64,000 nt of DNA. It comes from Oligoflexales bacterium. GTDB lineage: Bacteria; Bdellovibrionota_B; Oligoflexia; Oligoflexales; JAPPIL01. Shown in pieces: positions 19,312 to 28,551 of this stretch. The notes beneath the pieces are model-generated. The model was not told the DNA's origin, searched no databases, and saw nothing but the letters and a program-made list of their open reading frames with translations. The position numbers and the translations under genes are program-made. Where the stretch lies: positions 1,248,001-1,312,000 of the forward strand of contig OZ244057.1 of the NCBI GenBank assembly GCA_965215515.1, in the 5' to 3' direction. Position 1 is the stretch's first letter; the number at the start of each line of letters is the position of its first letter.

Positions 19312-20550
19312 GTGAAATTTTTTCTCGCAACAACGCTGCTGCTGACAGCTGAGGCGTGGGCACTGGAAAACGCAAAAGTCCTGCCGCAAGGTGTACGACG
19401 TATCAACATCAAAAGCTTGACCACCGATTTAGCCCGCACCTACAACGACGAGGGGGATCTGGCCAGCCTCGCCCAACCGTTGGCGAAAGATATCACCTTT
19501 GAAAACGTGCTGAAGGGCAAACAGGGACTGGACAACACCAGACTGCGTGCCTTCCTGCACGAAAACAATATCCCCCACGAACAAGTACTCGGTTCGCTGA
19601 GTGCTGACCTTAAAGGAAGTATCTGGGTGATTGCACCAGTCGTCGCCTACGGTCTGACGGAGCGCGTTACCCTGGCGATAGCCGCCCCGTTCTACCTTGC
19701 ACGTACCGAAGTCGCACTCGGCTACCGCGCTAACGAAACCAATGCCCAGAACTTCCTCAACCTTCTGAGCAGCCCACGATACAACCAAGTAGCCGCGGCA
19801 CGCGAAGCCTACGATAGCCTCTCTGACGGCGTGGCAGCACTCAACGACAAACTGCTAGACAACGGTTACCGACAACTCGACTCTTGGGAAGACAAAGCAT
19901 TCGGTGATATCACACTGGCAGTTAAAACCAGCATCGTCGGCGATGCCACCAGCGACCTACGCCTCGCCAACCTTACAGGTGTAGTAGTGCCTACAGGGAG
20001 AGTAGACGATCCTGACATACTGACCGACATCGCCTTCGGTGACGGTAGTTGGGACATCTTCGCGGGACTGATGTGTGACCAACAACTGACCGACAACGTC
20101 TTCCTTAACCAATTCGCCAAATTTACCTACCAAACGGAGACCGACCTTGTCGTGCGCACACCGACTGCCGACGAAGCCATCGCAGTGCCCAAGGAACGCC
20201 TGACCCTCAAGCCAGGCAACAAACTCGATCTCGGTGTCTCCGTGCAATGGGAATCAGAATCTGGCCTGGAAATGGGACTCGGCTACGAATTCAACCGCAA
20301 ACAACAAGACAACTACCGAGCACGTGCTGCAGTGCAACAAGAGCTTGAAAAAGAAACATTGTCGCAAGCGAACAACCTCGAAGTTAAACTCGGTTTCAGC
20401 ACCATCCCCGCTTTCAAACGTAAACGAATACCGATACCACTGGACATCAGCCTGCAATACAAACGAGTAATCGATAGTCCCCTACTGGCAGCTAACAGAA
20501 ATACCCCTGCAACACAGTTGTTTACGCTCGATATGAACTTCTATTTTTAG
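19312..20550 (+). CDS. Putative outer-membrane beta-barrel/transporter
   Basis: Signal peptide; GDITL, PTGRVDDPD..DIAFGDG; C-terminal MNFYF BAM-type signal. Confidence 0.65.
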   Translation: MKFFLATTLLLTAEAWALENAKVLPQGVRRINIKSLTTDLARTYNDEGDLASLAQPLAKDITFENVLKGKQGLDNTRLRAFLHENNIPHEQVLGSLSADLKGSIWVIAPVVAYGLTERVTLAIAAPFYLARTEVALGYRANETNAQNFLNLLSSPRYNQVAAAREAYDSLSDGVAALNDKLLDNGYRQLDSWEDKAFGDITLAVKTSIVGDATSDLRLANLTGVVVPTGRVDDPDILTDIAFGDGSWDIFAGLMCDQQLTDNVFLNQFAKFTYQTETDLVVRTPTADEAIAVPKERLTLKPGNKLDLGVSVQWESESGLEMGLGYEFNRKQQDNYRARAAVQQELEKETLSQANNLEVKLGFSTIPAFKRKRIPIPLDISLQYKRVIDSPLLAANRNTPATQLFTLDMNFYF

Positions 20551-20564
20551 GGAGCGAACAAAAA

Positions 20565-22496
20565 ATGCGCTACACTTTATCAATACTGTTACTGTGCGGT
20601 TGTGGAGTGAACGTGCCACCACTGGCGCAACAGGAAATCATCAGCAACCTCACTAAACCCGCCTGGCCTGTCGCACAGGAAGGGCTTAACCTGACGGGTA
20701 ACAACAACCGACTTAGCATGAAAGGGTCATTGCTGATCTGGGATGAACAGATAGACAGGGCCGACATCGAACGTCTTTCAAAAGTTTCTTTGCTCAAAAA
20801 ACAACAGTCGGTTAACTACGAGCAGGTGTCGCAATACGTCGCTTCCGAACGGCAACGCCTGCAAGCGGCTCTCCCTCTGATCGACGCACAGCGGCGGAAA
20901 GTGCGCACCCTCACCTCCGCGGCCTACGCCCGTGCCCGTGCCGATAACCCTACTGAATGGCAACGCCGTCAGCGAGAGCAGTGGGACAAGGGATCTGCTT
21001 GGCTAGAGGCACGGATAACCGAGCTGACGACAAACGATCCCCACTGGTCGCGGGAGCATACCGATCAGATACTGCATAACTACTGCGAAGGTAAAATTTT
21101 TGCCTTCGCAGTTAGCGAAAACCTCCTGCGTCGCCGCTATACGCAACGCCCCACTGCCCACATCATGTGCGAAAACCACTACCGTGCTTTGTTCGCCGAT
21201 AAACCAGCCTGCCAGCCCGCCGAGGATGACGCGGGTCGGGACTACTTTCAATGTATATGGCTACACGGGGTACTCGCTTCCACCTACTTCGCCGCATACT
21301 ACGCCACAGTAGAAACACAGCAAGAAAGAATCACCGCGCTGCAGCAAATGCTTACCGACGAACCTCAAACACTCAAACAACTTATCCTGACCGCCTACGA
21401 CAACCCCGCGCAACGGCGTCACCTAAAATTCTACCAGCGTTTAGGACGCATAGGTTTTGGAGAGCGCGCCATAACGATAAGTCCTGGCAAAAGGCAACCG
21501 TTTATCCTGCGAGTAGTGCACGCCGTCGAATCACCCGCCCAACTGGAAGACATCGTTAGTCTCGCGGCCGAACACCGCATCTTCAACACACCCGCAACCT
21601 CGCCTGACAGCGCAGCGCAGCGCAACATCTTGATAAGCGGACTACAGGCGGTAGCCAAGACGGTGGCAGGGGTCAGCGTCAGCGACTACCGCTTTAACCG
21701 CGACATCGCCGTGCCCCGCTTCGCCGCAGTCCAAGAAGGCAACTGTGTTACCACAGGTATTCTCTCGGAAGCGATGGAGTTTCTCTGCAACCTACGATCT
21801 GCGGAAGCCCTGCTGCCACAGCTGTTGCAAGAAGTACAGTTGCCCTTGCCCGCCGCTGACCAAAAGATAATCGCTCACACCCAGCAACGACTAACCGCGA
21901 TGCAGCGAGAATATGACGATGCCCTCGCCGAACTTGAGAAACAAGACCTCGCCGCTTTCGATGTATACAGCCAAGCACTCGACACCGCCGTCAATACCGC
22001 ACGCGGCCCTAATATGGCACAGGCACTGTTCACGGGATTGCAGTTGCAGATTGTCAAAGATGCGCAGCGATACGTCGTTAGTTTTAAATTACTGGAACGT
22101 AACGATAACTGGCTCACTGCCTGTATCGCACGCACTAGTGGCGAAGGAACGAGCTGCGGCACGTTGCCCACAGATCAAGGGCAGGATACCGAACTTTTCC
22201 GCGCCTCATACGTCGCTGAAGAAGGGCGACTTGACTTACGCTTCAATCTGCAACAACCCGCGCGACTCGGTTTTGCCTCTCTCAGCCGCGCGTCTGACGA
22301 CCGCGAGCTAGATCGTGCTTCCTTCTGTGATCTGACCCAAGCGAAGTTTAAAGATTTGCAACTCGACATGGAGCTCTACGCCAATCGCTTTGCCTCCACC
22401 CTAGCGATAATCACTGGCAGTGGTAAGTTTCAGAACACCGACGACGAGACCGTCTACCGAGCCAGGGTAAGTTTTGCCAGGGAGTTGGATATTTAG
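20565..22496 (+). CDS. Hypothetical lipoprotein
   Basis: MRYTLSILLLCGC lipobox; 643 aa with coiled coils and scattered Cys. Confidence 0.65.
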   Translation: MRYTLSILLLCGCGVNVPPLAQQEIISNLTKPAWPVAQEGLNLTGNNNRLSMKGSLLIWDEQIDRADIERLSKVSLLKKQQSVNYEQVSQYVASERQRLQAALPLIDAQRRKVRTLTSAAYARARADNPTEWQRRQREQWDKGSAWLEARITELTTNDPHWSREHTDQILHNYCEGKIFAFAVSENLLRRRYTQRPTAHIMCENHYRALFADKPACQPAEDDAGRDYFQCIWLHGVLASTYFAAYYATVETQQERITALQQMLTDEPQTLKQLILTAYDNPAQRRHLKFYQRLGRIGFGERAITISPGKRQPFILRVVHAVESPAQLEDIVSLAAEHRIFNTPATSPDSAAQRNILISGLQAVAKTVAGVSVSDYRFNRDIAVPRFAAVQEGNCVTTGILSEAMEFLCNLRSAEALLPQLLQEVQLPLPAADQKIIAHTQQRLTAMQREYDDALAELEKQDLAAFDVYSQALDTAVNTARGPNMAQALFTGLQLQIVKDAQRYVVSFKLLERNDNWLTACIARTSGEGTSCGTLPTDQGQDTELFRASYVAEEGRLDLRFNLQQPARLGFASLSRASDDRELDRASFCDLTQAKFKDLQLDMELYANRFASTLAIITGSGKFQNTDDETVYRARVSFARELDI

Positions 22497-22544
22497 ATAT
22501 TTAGCGCGTAATAACAAAGGTTATTGCCACGCTTCAGCAACGAC

Positions 22545-25500
22545 TTACATCAATCTCCTGTATTTGCCCCCCAGCTTAAACAGCAGCTGGGTGATCTCCT
22601 GCAGCGTGGCGTGTTTCACCGTGTGCATCAACTCGGCAAAAATATTGTCGCCGCGTAAGACCGTCTCCTGTAATTTTTGTAGAGCAACCTGTGCCTCCTG
22701 TGTGTTGCGTTTCTTGAACGCGGCCAGGTCAGTGAGTCGTTGCTCCTTGGTGGCGGACGTGGCTCTGATCAGAGCGGTGGTAGCCCGTTGTTGTTTGACG
22801 GGGGTGTCGGTCAGAAAGGTGTTGACCCCTATGATCGGCACACTCCCCGTATGTTTAAGTTCCTCGTAGTGCAAGCTTTGTTCCTGAATTTTGCTGCGCT
22901 GATACTGTAGTTCCATCGCACCGAGCACCCCGCCGCGTTCGGCAAGACGTTCAAATTCTTGCAGTACCTGTGCCTCGACAAGATCGGTCAGATACTCTAT
23001 AAAATACGAGCCCTGTAAAGCGTTTTCACACTGATTAATTCCTAGCTCGCGATTGATGATCAACTGAATCGCCATCGCCTGCCGCACACTCTCCTCCGTC
23101 GGTGTGGTCAAGGCTTCATCGAAGGCATTGGTATGCAGGGAGTTGCAGTTTTCGCACAGAGCCAACAACGCCTGCAAAGTAGTACGAACGTCGTTGAAAG
23201 TCATCTCCTGTGCATGCAACGAACGTCCTGAGGTCTGCACATGGTACTTTAGTTTACAACTGTCCTCGTTCGCCGCGTAAACATCACGCAGAGCAATCGC
23301 CCAGATACGACGTGCTACCCGCCCTAGCACACTGGATTCGGCATCAAGACTACTGCTGAAAAAAAACGACAGATTCGCGGCAAAGTCATCTACTCGCATG
23401 CCACGTGCTAAATAATACTCGAGATAGGTGAACCCATTGGCTAGCGTGAAGGCCAATTGCGTGACAGGATTCGCGCCCGCTTCGGCGATGTGAAACCCAG
23501 AGATAGAAATGCTGTAGTATTTTTTTATTTTTTGGGCAATAAAATATTCCTGTACATCGCCCAGCATGCGTAAAGCAAACTCGGTGGAAAAAATACAGGT
23601 GTTCTGTGCTTGATCTTCTTTCAAAATATCTGCTTGCACTGTGCCACGTACCGTTTGCAAAGTTTGCGTGGTAATTGCTTCGCATTCAGCCGCCGTGAGC
23701 TTTTTTGGGCCTGCGGCACGGTGTTTAGCGAGTTGCTGGGCGATAGCCGTGTTGAGGTACATAGCCAAAATTATCGGTGCGGGGCCGTTGATGGTCATGC
23801 TTACGCTGGTGTGTGGGGCACAGAGATCAAAGCCTGCATAAAGTTTTTGCATGTCGTCGAGAGTAGCTACCGAGACTCCCGATTCACCCACCTTGCCATA
23901 GATGTCGGGACGTAGATCAGGGTCACAGCCGTAAAGAGTTACACTGTCAAAGGCAGTGCTCAAACGTTTGGCGGGCGAAGCAGAAGACAAATAATGAAAA
24001 CGTTTGTTGGTTTGTTGCGGGCTGCCCTCACCAGCAAACTGCCGTTGTGGATCTTCTTGCACGCGCCGCAAGGGCATAATACCAGCCGTATAGGGGAAAC
24101 TGCCAGGCAAATTCTCTTTACGCAAATAGCGCCACAGATCGGCATCGTTACTGTGCCGCGGACGGGCGACTTTGGGCAGTTTGTTCTCCGTCAAAGAGAC
24201 GAAATATGGCACTGCGGTGATGTTTTTACCGCGCACATTAAAACTCATTTCCTCTCTATCGTAATCAGCATTTTGCTTACACCATGCGGCGATGCTTGCC
24301 TGTATTGTAGCGGGCAACTGTGCTACGAGTTTTGCCTCCGCCTGCCTTAATTCAGCCCGCGCCTCGTCCGACAGCGCATTGTTGTCCTGTGCCATTCGCA
24401 AACTATCCCGCTCCTGCAACAAAACAGCCATGCGCTCGCTATCCCGATGATAGCTGCGTACCGCGGCGGCGATGTCATACAAGTACTGTTGCCGTGTGGC
24501 AGGTAAAAGCGGTGCGCGCTGTGTCGATTGTAAGACGGCAGGGCGATGTTTATACTCGTTTCGTGCGGGGAACAGCGTTGCACAGATGCGTCGATAGAGG
24601 CCACTCACGCCATCGTCGTTGAAACGGTTGGCAATCACGCCAAACACGGGGTAGTCATGTTCCCGTTGCTGCTGCCCCGCGTAACGACTGCGCCTTACCT
24701 GTGTGCGCACATCGCGCCAGGCATCGAGTGCCTGTGGCCGTTCGAATTTATTGATGGCGATGAAGTCAGCGTAATCGAGCATGTTGATTTTTTCCAACTG
24801 ACTCTGTGCTCCGTATTCGGGGGTCATAACATAGAGGCTGTGATCGGAAACTTGCACGATATCGGCATTCCCCTGTCCGATACCGCTGGTTTCAACGACG
24901 ATCAAATCGAAATCTCGCGCCCGCAAAAGTTGCACCGCTTCCCGCAAAAAGGTTATTATCTCACCCGTGCCATGCCGTGTGGCAAAGCTACGCACGAAGA
25001 CCCGCGGGTCGCTGCCGCAATTAAAACGCAAGCGATCACCGAGCAGTGCTCCCCCTGTCTTGGATTTAGTCGGATCGATGCAGATGACCGCGATGTTGAA
25101 ATTTTTAAAATCTGCTAAAAAGCGCGCTAAAATTTCGTCGCTGAGCGAGCTCTTGCCTGCACCACCGCTACCCGTGACTCCCAGCACAGGAGTTTTTTTC
25201 TCGTCAGGCTGTGTTGCCACCGACGATGACCAGGGCTGTCCTGCCTCGAGCAAGGTTAAAGCGCGCGGCAGATTGTCTTTTACCTGTGTGCTGAGATCGG
25301 TGTCGCAGGTTTGCAACATGTAGCCGATGATGCCGTCAAGTCCTGCTATCTGCCCATCTTCGGGACTGAAAATTTTGCTGATACCCTGCTGTTGTAAAGC
25401 AACGATCTCTTCAGGGGTAATGACCCCACCACCGCCGCCAAAAATCTTGATATGATCGCCTCCCTGCTCGTCGAGCAGTCGGCGCAGATAGACGAAAAAC

Positions 25501-25748
25501 TCGTTGTGCCCACCCTGATAGCTGGATACCGCCACCCCGTGGACATCCTCACACCAGGCAGCACGAGCGATCTCGGTCGCGGCACGATCGTGTCCGAGAT
25601 GAATAACCTCCGCACCACGATGTTGTAGTAAACGACGGAAAATATTGATGCTGGCATCGTGCCCATCGAACAGGGCGGTAGCCGTTACGAAACGCAGCTT
25701 ATGACGCGGTACGTAAGCACGCAACTGCTGCCAGTCAATGCTTGCCAT
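22545..25748 (-). CDS. icmF: Fused B12-dependent isobutyryl-CoA mutase / MeaB-like GTPase chaperone
   Basis: B12 domain FDGHDASINI..IHLGH; GSGGAGKSS, ETSGIGQ GTPase; mutase RQFAGEG, LSTAFDSVTLYG, QTSGRSL, SLHTN. Confidence 0.93.
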   Translation of the reverse strand: MASIDWQQLRAYVPRHKLRFVTATALFDGHDASINIFRRLLQHRGAEVIHLGHDRAATEIARAAWCEDVHGVAVSSYQGGHNEFFVYLRRLLDEQGGDHIKIFGGGGGVITPEEIVALQQQGISKIFSPEDGQIAGLDGIIGYMLQTCDTDLSTQVKDNLPRALTLLEAGQPWSSSVATQPDEKKTPVLGVTGSGGAGKSSLSDEILARFLADFKNFNIAVICIDPTKSKTGGALLGDRLRFNCGSDPRVFVRSFATRHGTGEIITFLREAVQLLRARDFDLIVVETSGIGQGNADIVQVSDHSLYVMTPEYGAQSQLEKINMLDYADFIAINKFERPQALDAWRDVRTQVRRSRYAGQQQREHDYPVFGVIANRFNDDGVSGLYRRICATLFPARNEYKHRPAVLQSTQRAPLLPATRQQYLYDIAAAVRSYHRDSERMAVLLQERDSLRMAQDNNALSDEARAELRQAEAKLVAQLPATIQASIAAWCKQNADYDREEMSFNVRGKNITAVPYFVSLTENKLPKVARPRHSNDADLWRYLRKENLPGSFPYTAGIMPLRRVQEDPQRQFAGEGSPQQTNKRFHYLSSASPAKRLSTAFDSVTLYGCDPDLRPDIYGKVGESGVSVATLDDMQKLYAGFDLCAPHTSVSMTINGPAPIILAMYLNTAIAQQLAKHRAAGPKKLTAAECEAITTQTLQTVRGTVQADILKEDQAQNTCIFSTEFALRMLGDVQEYFIAQKIKKYYSISISGFHIAEAGANPVTQLAFTLANGFTYLEYYLARGMRVDDFAANLSFFFSSSLDAESSVLGRVARRIWAIALRDVYAANEDSCKLKYHVQTSGRSLHAQEMTFNDVRTTLQALLALCENCNSLHTNAFDEALTTPTEESVRQAMAIQLIINRELGINQCENALQGSYFIEYLTDLVEAQVLQEFERLAERGGVLGAMELQYQRSKIQEQSLHYEELKHTGSVPIIGVNTFLTDTPVKQQRATTALIRATSATKEQRLTDLAAFKKRNTQEAQVALQKLQETVLRGDNIFAELMHTVKHATLQEITQLLFKLGGKYRRLM

Positions 25749-25832
25749 ACACAACTCCCGCTACCACTCGCCGCCTTGTACAAAAACTTGCTAGCTTTTT
25801 CAAGATGTGATGCCCAGAAGTACCTACTCCTC

Positions 25833-26276
25833 CTAATCATCGTCGGGAGGCGGATCGACAACAATCGACCAAGCAAACGCAGTAGGTGTCTTTTGTGTAA
25901 CGCCGTGCGCGTCCTTGCCGATAGCGCAGAGCAGATAAGAATCTTCCTGTAGATCACGATGGGTAATCGTCTGTGTGAGTGCGACGAAATCGCCGTAATC
26001 AGCGCTTTCACACCCCGAACTGCCGCCCGCAGCCGCATCACCTGCGAGCAAGGCATGCTTATACTCGACAGCCCCGTTTTGGCTGCTAACGACGACATCG
26101 ATAGCATCACTGTCGTCCTCTATGCTCGGCAAATTTTCAAAACTAACACTGACCGCCTTACCGACCTGGGATTCAGCTGTTTGCGCGCTAGCATATTCTG
26201 AACCTGTGGACTGATAATCGCGTTCATCGGCGCGGCAAGCAAATAACAGTGACAGCAATACGCACGTTCTCACCAT
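25833..26276 (-). CDS. Small lipoprotein with single two-Cys module
   Basis: LLFAC lipobox; YKHALL..C..Y..LLCAIGKDAHG..Q..PTAFAW. Confidence 0.75.
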   Translation of the reverse strand: MVRTCVLLSLLFACRADERDYQSTGSEYASAQTAESQVGKAVSVSFENLPSIEDDSDAIDVVVSSQNGAVEYKHALLAGDAAAGGSSGCESADYGDFVALTQTITHRDLQEDSYLLCAIGKDAHGVTQKTPTAFAWSIVVDPPPDDD

Positions 26277-26323
26277 CTATTCCTTACTTATCTCCCAGGT
26301 CGAACGAGACAGGGCACACCTGG

Positions 26324-26351
26324 CTTTCGGAAAAAAATGAATGAAACTTTA
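26324..26351 (-). promoter_or_regulatory. Putative sigma28-type promoter (leftward)
   Basis: Minus strand TAAAGTTT...TCCGAAAG (TAAA-N16). Confidence 0.5.
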
Positions 26352-26370
26352 GAAAAAGTTAACTTTTTCT
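26351..26370. repeat. Perfect 20-bp palindrome between divergent promoters
   Basis: AGAAAAAGTT|AACTTTTTCT. Confidence 0.9.
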
Positions 26371-26372
26371 TC

Positions 26373-26400
26373 TAAAGGTCATGCACTGCTGTGCCGATGC
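26373..26400 (+). promoter_or_regulatory. Putative sigma28-type promoter (rightward)
   Basis: TAAA(G)-N16-GCCGATGC. Confidence 0.6.
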
Positions 26401-26425
26401 TTGCGTTGTATTGAGGGGAACGATC

Positions 26426-27799
26426 TTGCGACAGCTGATGTTCTTTACGATGTTCGCTAGCGCGCTGGTGGTCTGCACCGACAGACCGCGCGACGACAGC
26501 CAGAGAGATGGTGCGGATGAGGATAAAACCGCAGATAGCACGTCAGGGGCAGCACCGCAGGTGGTGTTTATCAATAAACCTGATGATTCTAGTGCTAGTC
26601 GGATTATCGTGGCAGTCATACACAGCAATTGGCGCACTAGGGAGTATGCTTATGCTCTTATCAAGGGTGAAGGTGATTGCAACAGTCCAGCTTACAGCAG
26701 CTGGCGAGAGTTCACCGTTCCCATCACGTTAACCCCTGAGATGCTCGGCGGATACGGCATCAAGACCTTGTGCGCCAAGGGTAGAGGATCTGATGGCAGC
26801 GAGCAAAAGATTCCTACACGGCATAGGTGGCAACTGCTGCCACCTGTAGATGCAGCTGCAGCCGCAGATGTTCCACCTGACGCTGATTCTAGCTCTGACA
26901 CTGCGGCTACCTCTACCACGCCGCTACCCGCGTCCGCCGTGGTTACAACGACCCGCGGCTTGCGACTGTCGGACAACGTTTTGAAGTTTGCCAGTGCGAG
27001 CAGGGAGATAAAGACCGTCGCTCTGATGAACATCGGTAAAAGCCAGCTAGAATGGTCGGTTACGACTACTCAGGGGGGAGGATTACTGAGTGTACGCAAG
27101 GTTGCTGCTAGTGCCAAGGATGAACCCGATGATGGCAGTCATTGGCAAGCTATGGACACCTCGCGACCCCTCCCGTTGTCGGGAACGCTAGCCAGAGATA
27201 GTAGGGAGCAATATCTACAGTTTAAGTTGTCTGATTCGGATAAAACCGACTACGGGGGCAATCAAGCGACGACCATAGCAATCGGAGATGGTTCTGGCAG
27301 CAGTGTCGAGCTAACGGCACATATCCTCGTTCCTCAACTGAGGATTACGGGGAGCGGAAATAATATCGTCAAGAAGGTCAGTGACCAGGTCTGGCAGGTA
27401 AATTTAAGTCCCACGGTCAGGGAAGCCAGCCTGACCATAGCTAATGCTAAGGCACAGGGATCTCTTGATGATTTGTCATGGGATGTATTTCCCTATGCCT
27501 GGTTACCAGACTGGCTTGATTATGTTAAGAGTGCGGGCGATCTAACTATCTATCTCGAGGGTGATTGCAGGCTTTATCCCGCAGCTAGTGAAGACGATGA
27601 ACTTACCCTAGTGATCGCTTCCAACAGCGACAGTACGGGAGTACAGGCGCGCAGTTTTGCTCTGACTCACGCACAGCAGGAGATTGTGTGGCAGGAGGAG
27701 GGAGGAGTTACCAAGAGCAAAAGAGCTGAGTGGCGCACCGACGACATCAGGTATGTGGTGGTGAAGTATGAAAACGAAAATAACACTCCTTGCCCCTAG
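26426..27799 (+). CDS. Surface protein with two-Cys module and BACON/Ig-like domain; paralog of 7293..9050
   Basis: TTG 26426 after GAGGGG; YAYALI..C..Y..KTLCAKG..Q..PT..W; NIGK..LEW..SGTLA..FKLS..TDYG shared with 7293..9050. Confidence 0.75.
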   Translation: MRQLMFFTMFASALVVCTDRPRDDSQRDGADEDKTADSTSGAAPQVVFINKPDDSSASRIIVAVIHSNWRTREYAYALIKGEGDCNSPAYSSWREFTVPITLTPEMLGGYGIKTLCAKGRGSDGSEQKIPTRHRWQLLPPVDAAAAADVPPDADSSSDTAATSTTPLPASAVVTTTRGLRLSDNVLKFASASREIKTVALMNIGKSQLEWSVTTTQGGGLLSVRKVAASAKDEPDDGSHWQAMDTSRPLPLSGTLARDSREQYLQFKLSDSDKTDYGGNQATTIAIGDGSGSSVELTAHILVPQLRITGSGNNIVKKVSDQVWQVNLSPTVREASLTIANAKAQGSLDDLSWDVFPYAWLPDWLDYVKSAGDLTIYLEGDCRLYPAASEDDELTLVIASNSDSTGVQARSFALTHAQQEIVWQEEGGVTKSKRAEWRTDDIRYVVVKYENENNTPCP

Positions 27800-27853
27800 A
27801 AATCACATAAACTGTAGGCACCTATACCGCGCCCCATCTCCTCCTTCTTTCCC

Positions 27854-28525
27854 TCAGGGGCAGATATACCCTCGTGCGGCATTGTCTCGGGATAAGCTAC
27901 TGGCATCGAGCACACCGGTAGCACACACCGATGTGCCGTCTGTCTTCGTGTATTTAAGCCGCCAGGGAATTTGCAAAGCCATGGAGAGAGAAGTCCCGCC
28001 GTCTAGTAGCTCTGAGCTATGAACATCCATCCCTCGATACTTTTGCTCTTCCAGTTCCAGTTCTGCCCCTTCTTGCACTTTTTCGTTGGGATCGAAGACG
28101 ACATGAGGTTTAAATCCTCCTTCCTGCACTTCGAGGTAGAGCGATACTGCCGCGGGAGCAGTACTGATGGCAGCATGGGGTTCACAACTGTTGCTGTCCC
28201 TTAATAACCCTTCCAACTGACATCTTTTGCCTTTTGTGTCCCGTACAATGCAGCCAGCATTATCACTTCTTTCCGCTGCTAATCCAACTACCTTACAACC
28301 TTCAGGCTGCGTCACGGAAACAAAAGAGCAGCCTTCGGCAAATTCTTTAATACTATACTCACCTTGGCAAACGGTTTTTGTGGTTAGATTGATACGACAC
28401 GTGCCATCAGCATTCGTCCCGTGCATACATTCAGGCGGGGTACGTTTACGCCCCGATTTAATACAGCTTTCGGTCAACAATGTTAGTAGCAGCAATGTTG
28501 ACAACCACACAAAACTAAATTTCAT
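27854..28525 (-). CDS. Cys-rich hypothetical lipoprotein
   Basis: LTESC lipobox; about 10 further Cys. Confidence 0.65.
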   Translation of the reverse strand: MKFSFVWLSTLLLLTLLTESCIKSGRKRTPPECMHGTNADGTCRINLTTKTVCQGEYSIKEFAEGCSFVSVTQPEGCKVVGLAAERSDNAGCIVRDTKGKRCQLEGLLRDSNSCEPHAAISTAPAAVSLYLEVQEGGFKPHVVFDPNEKVQEGAELELEEQKYRGMDVHSSELLDGGTSLSMALQIPWRLKYTKTDGTSVCATGVLDASSLSRDNAARGYICP

Positions 28526-28551
28526 TGGATTTCTCCTCTCGGTAAAATTAA

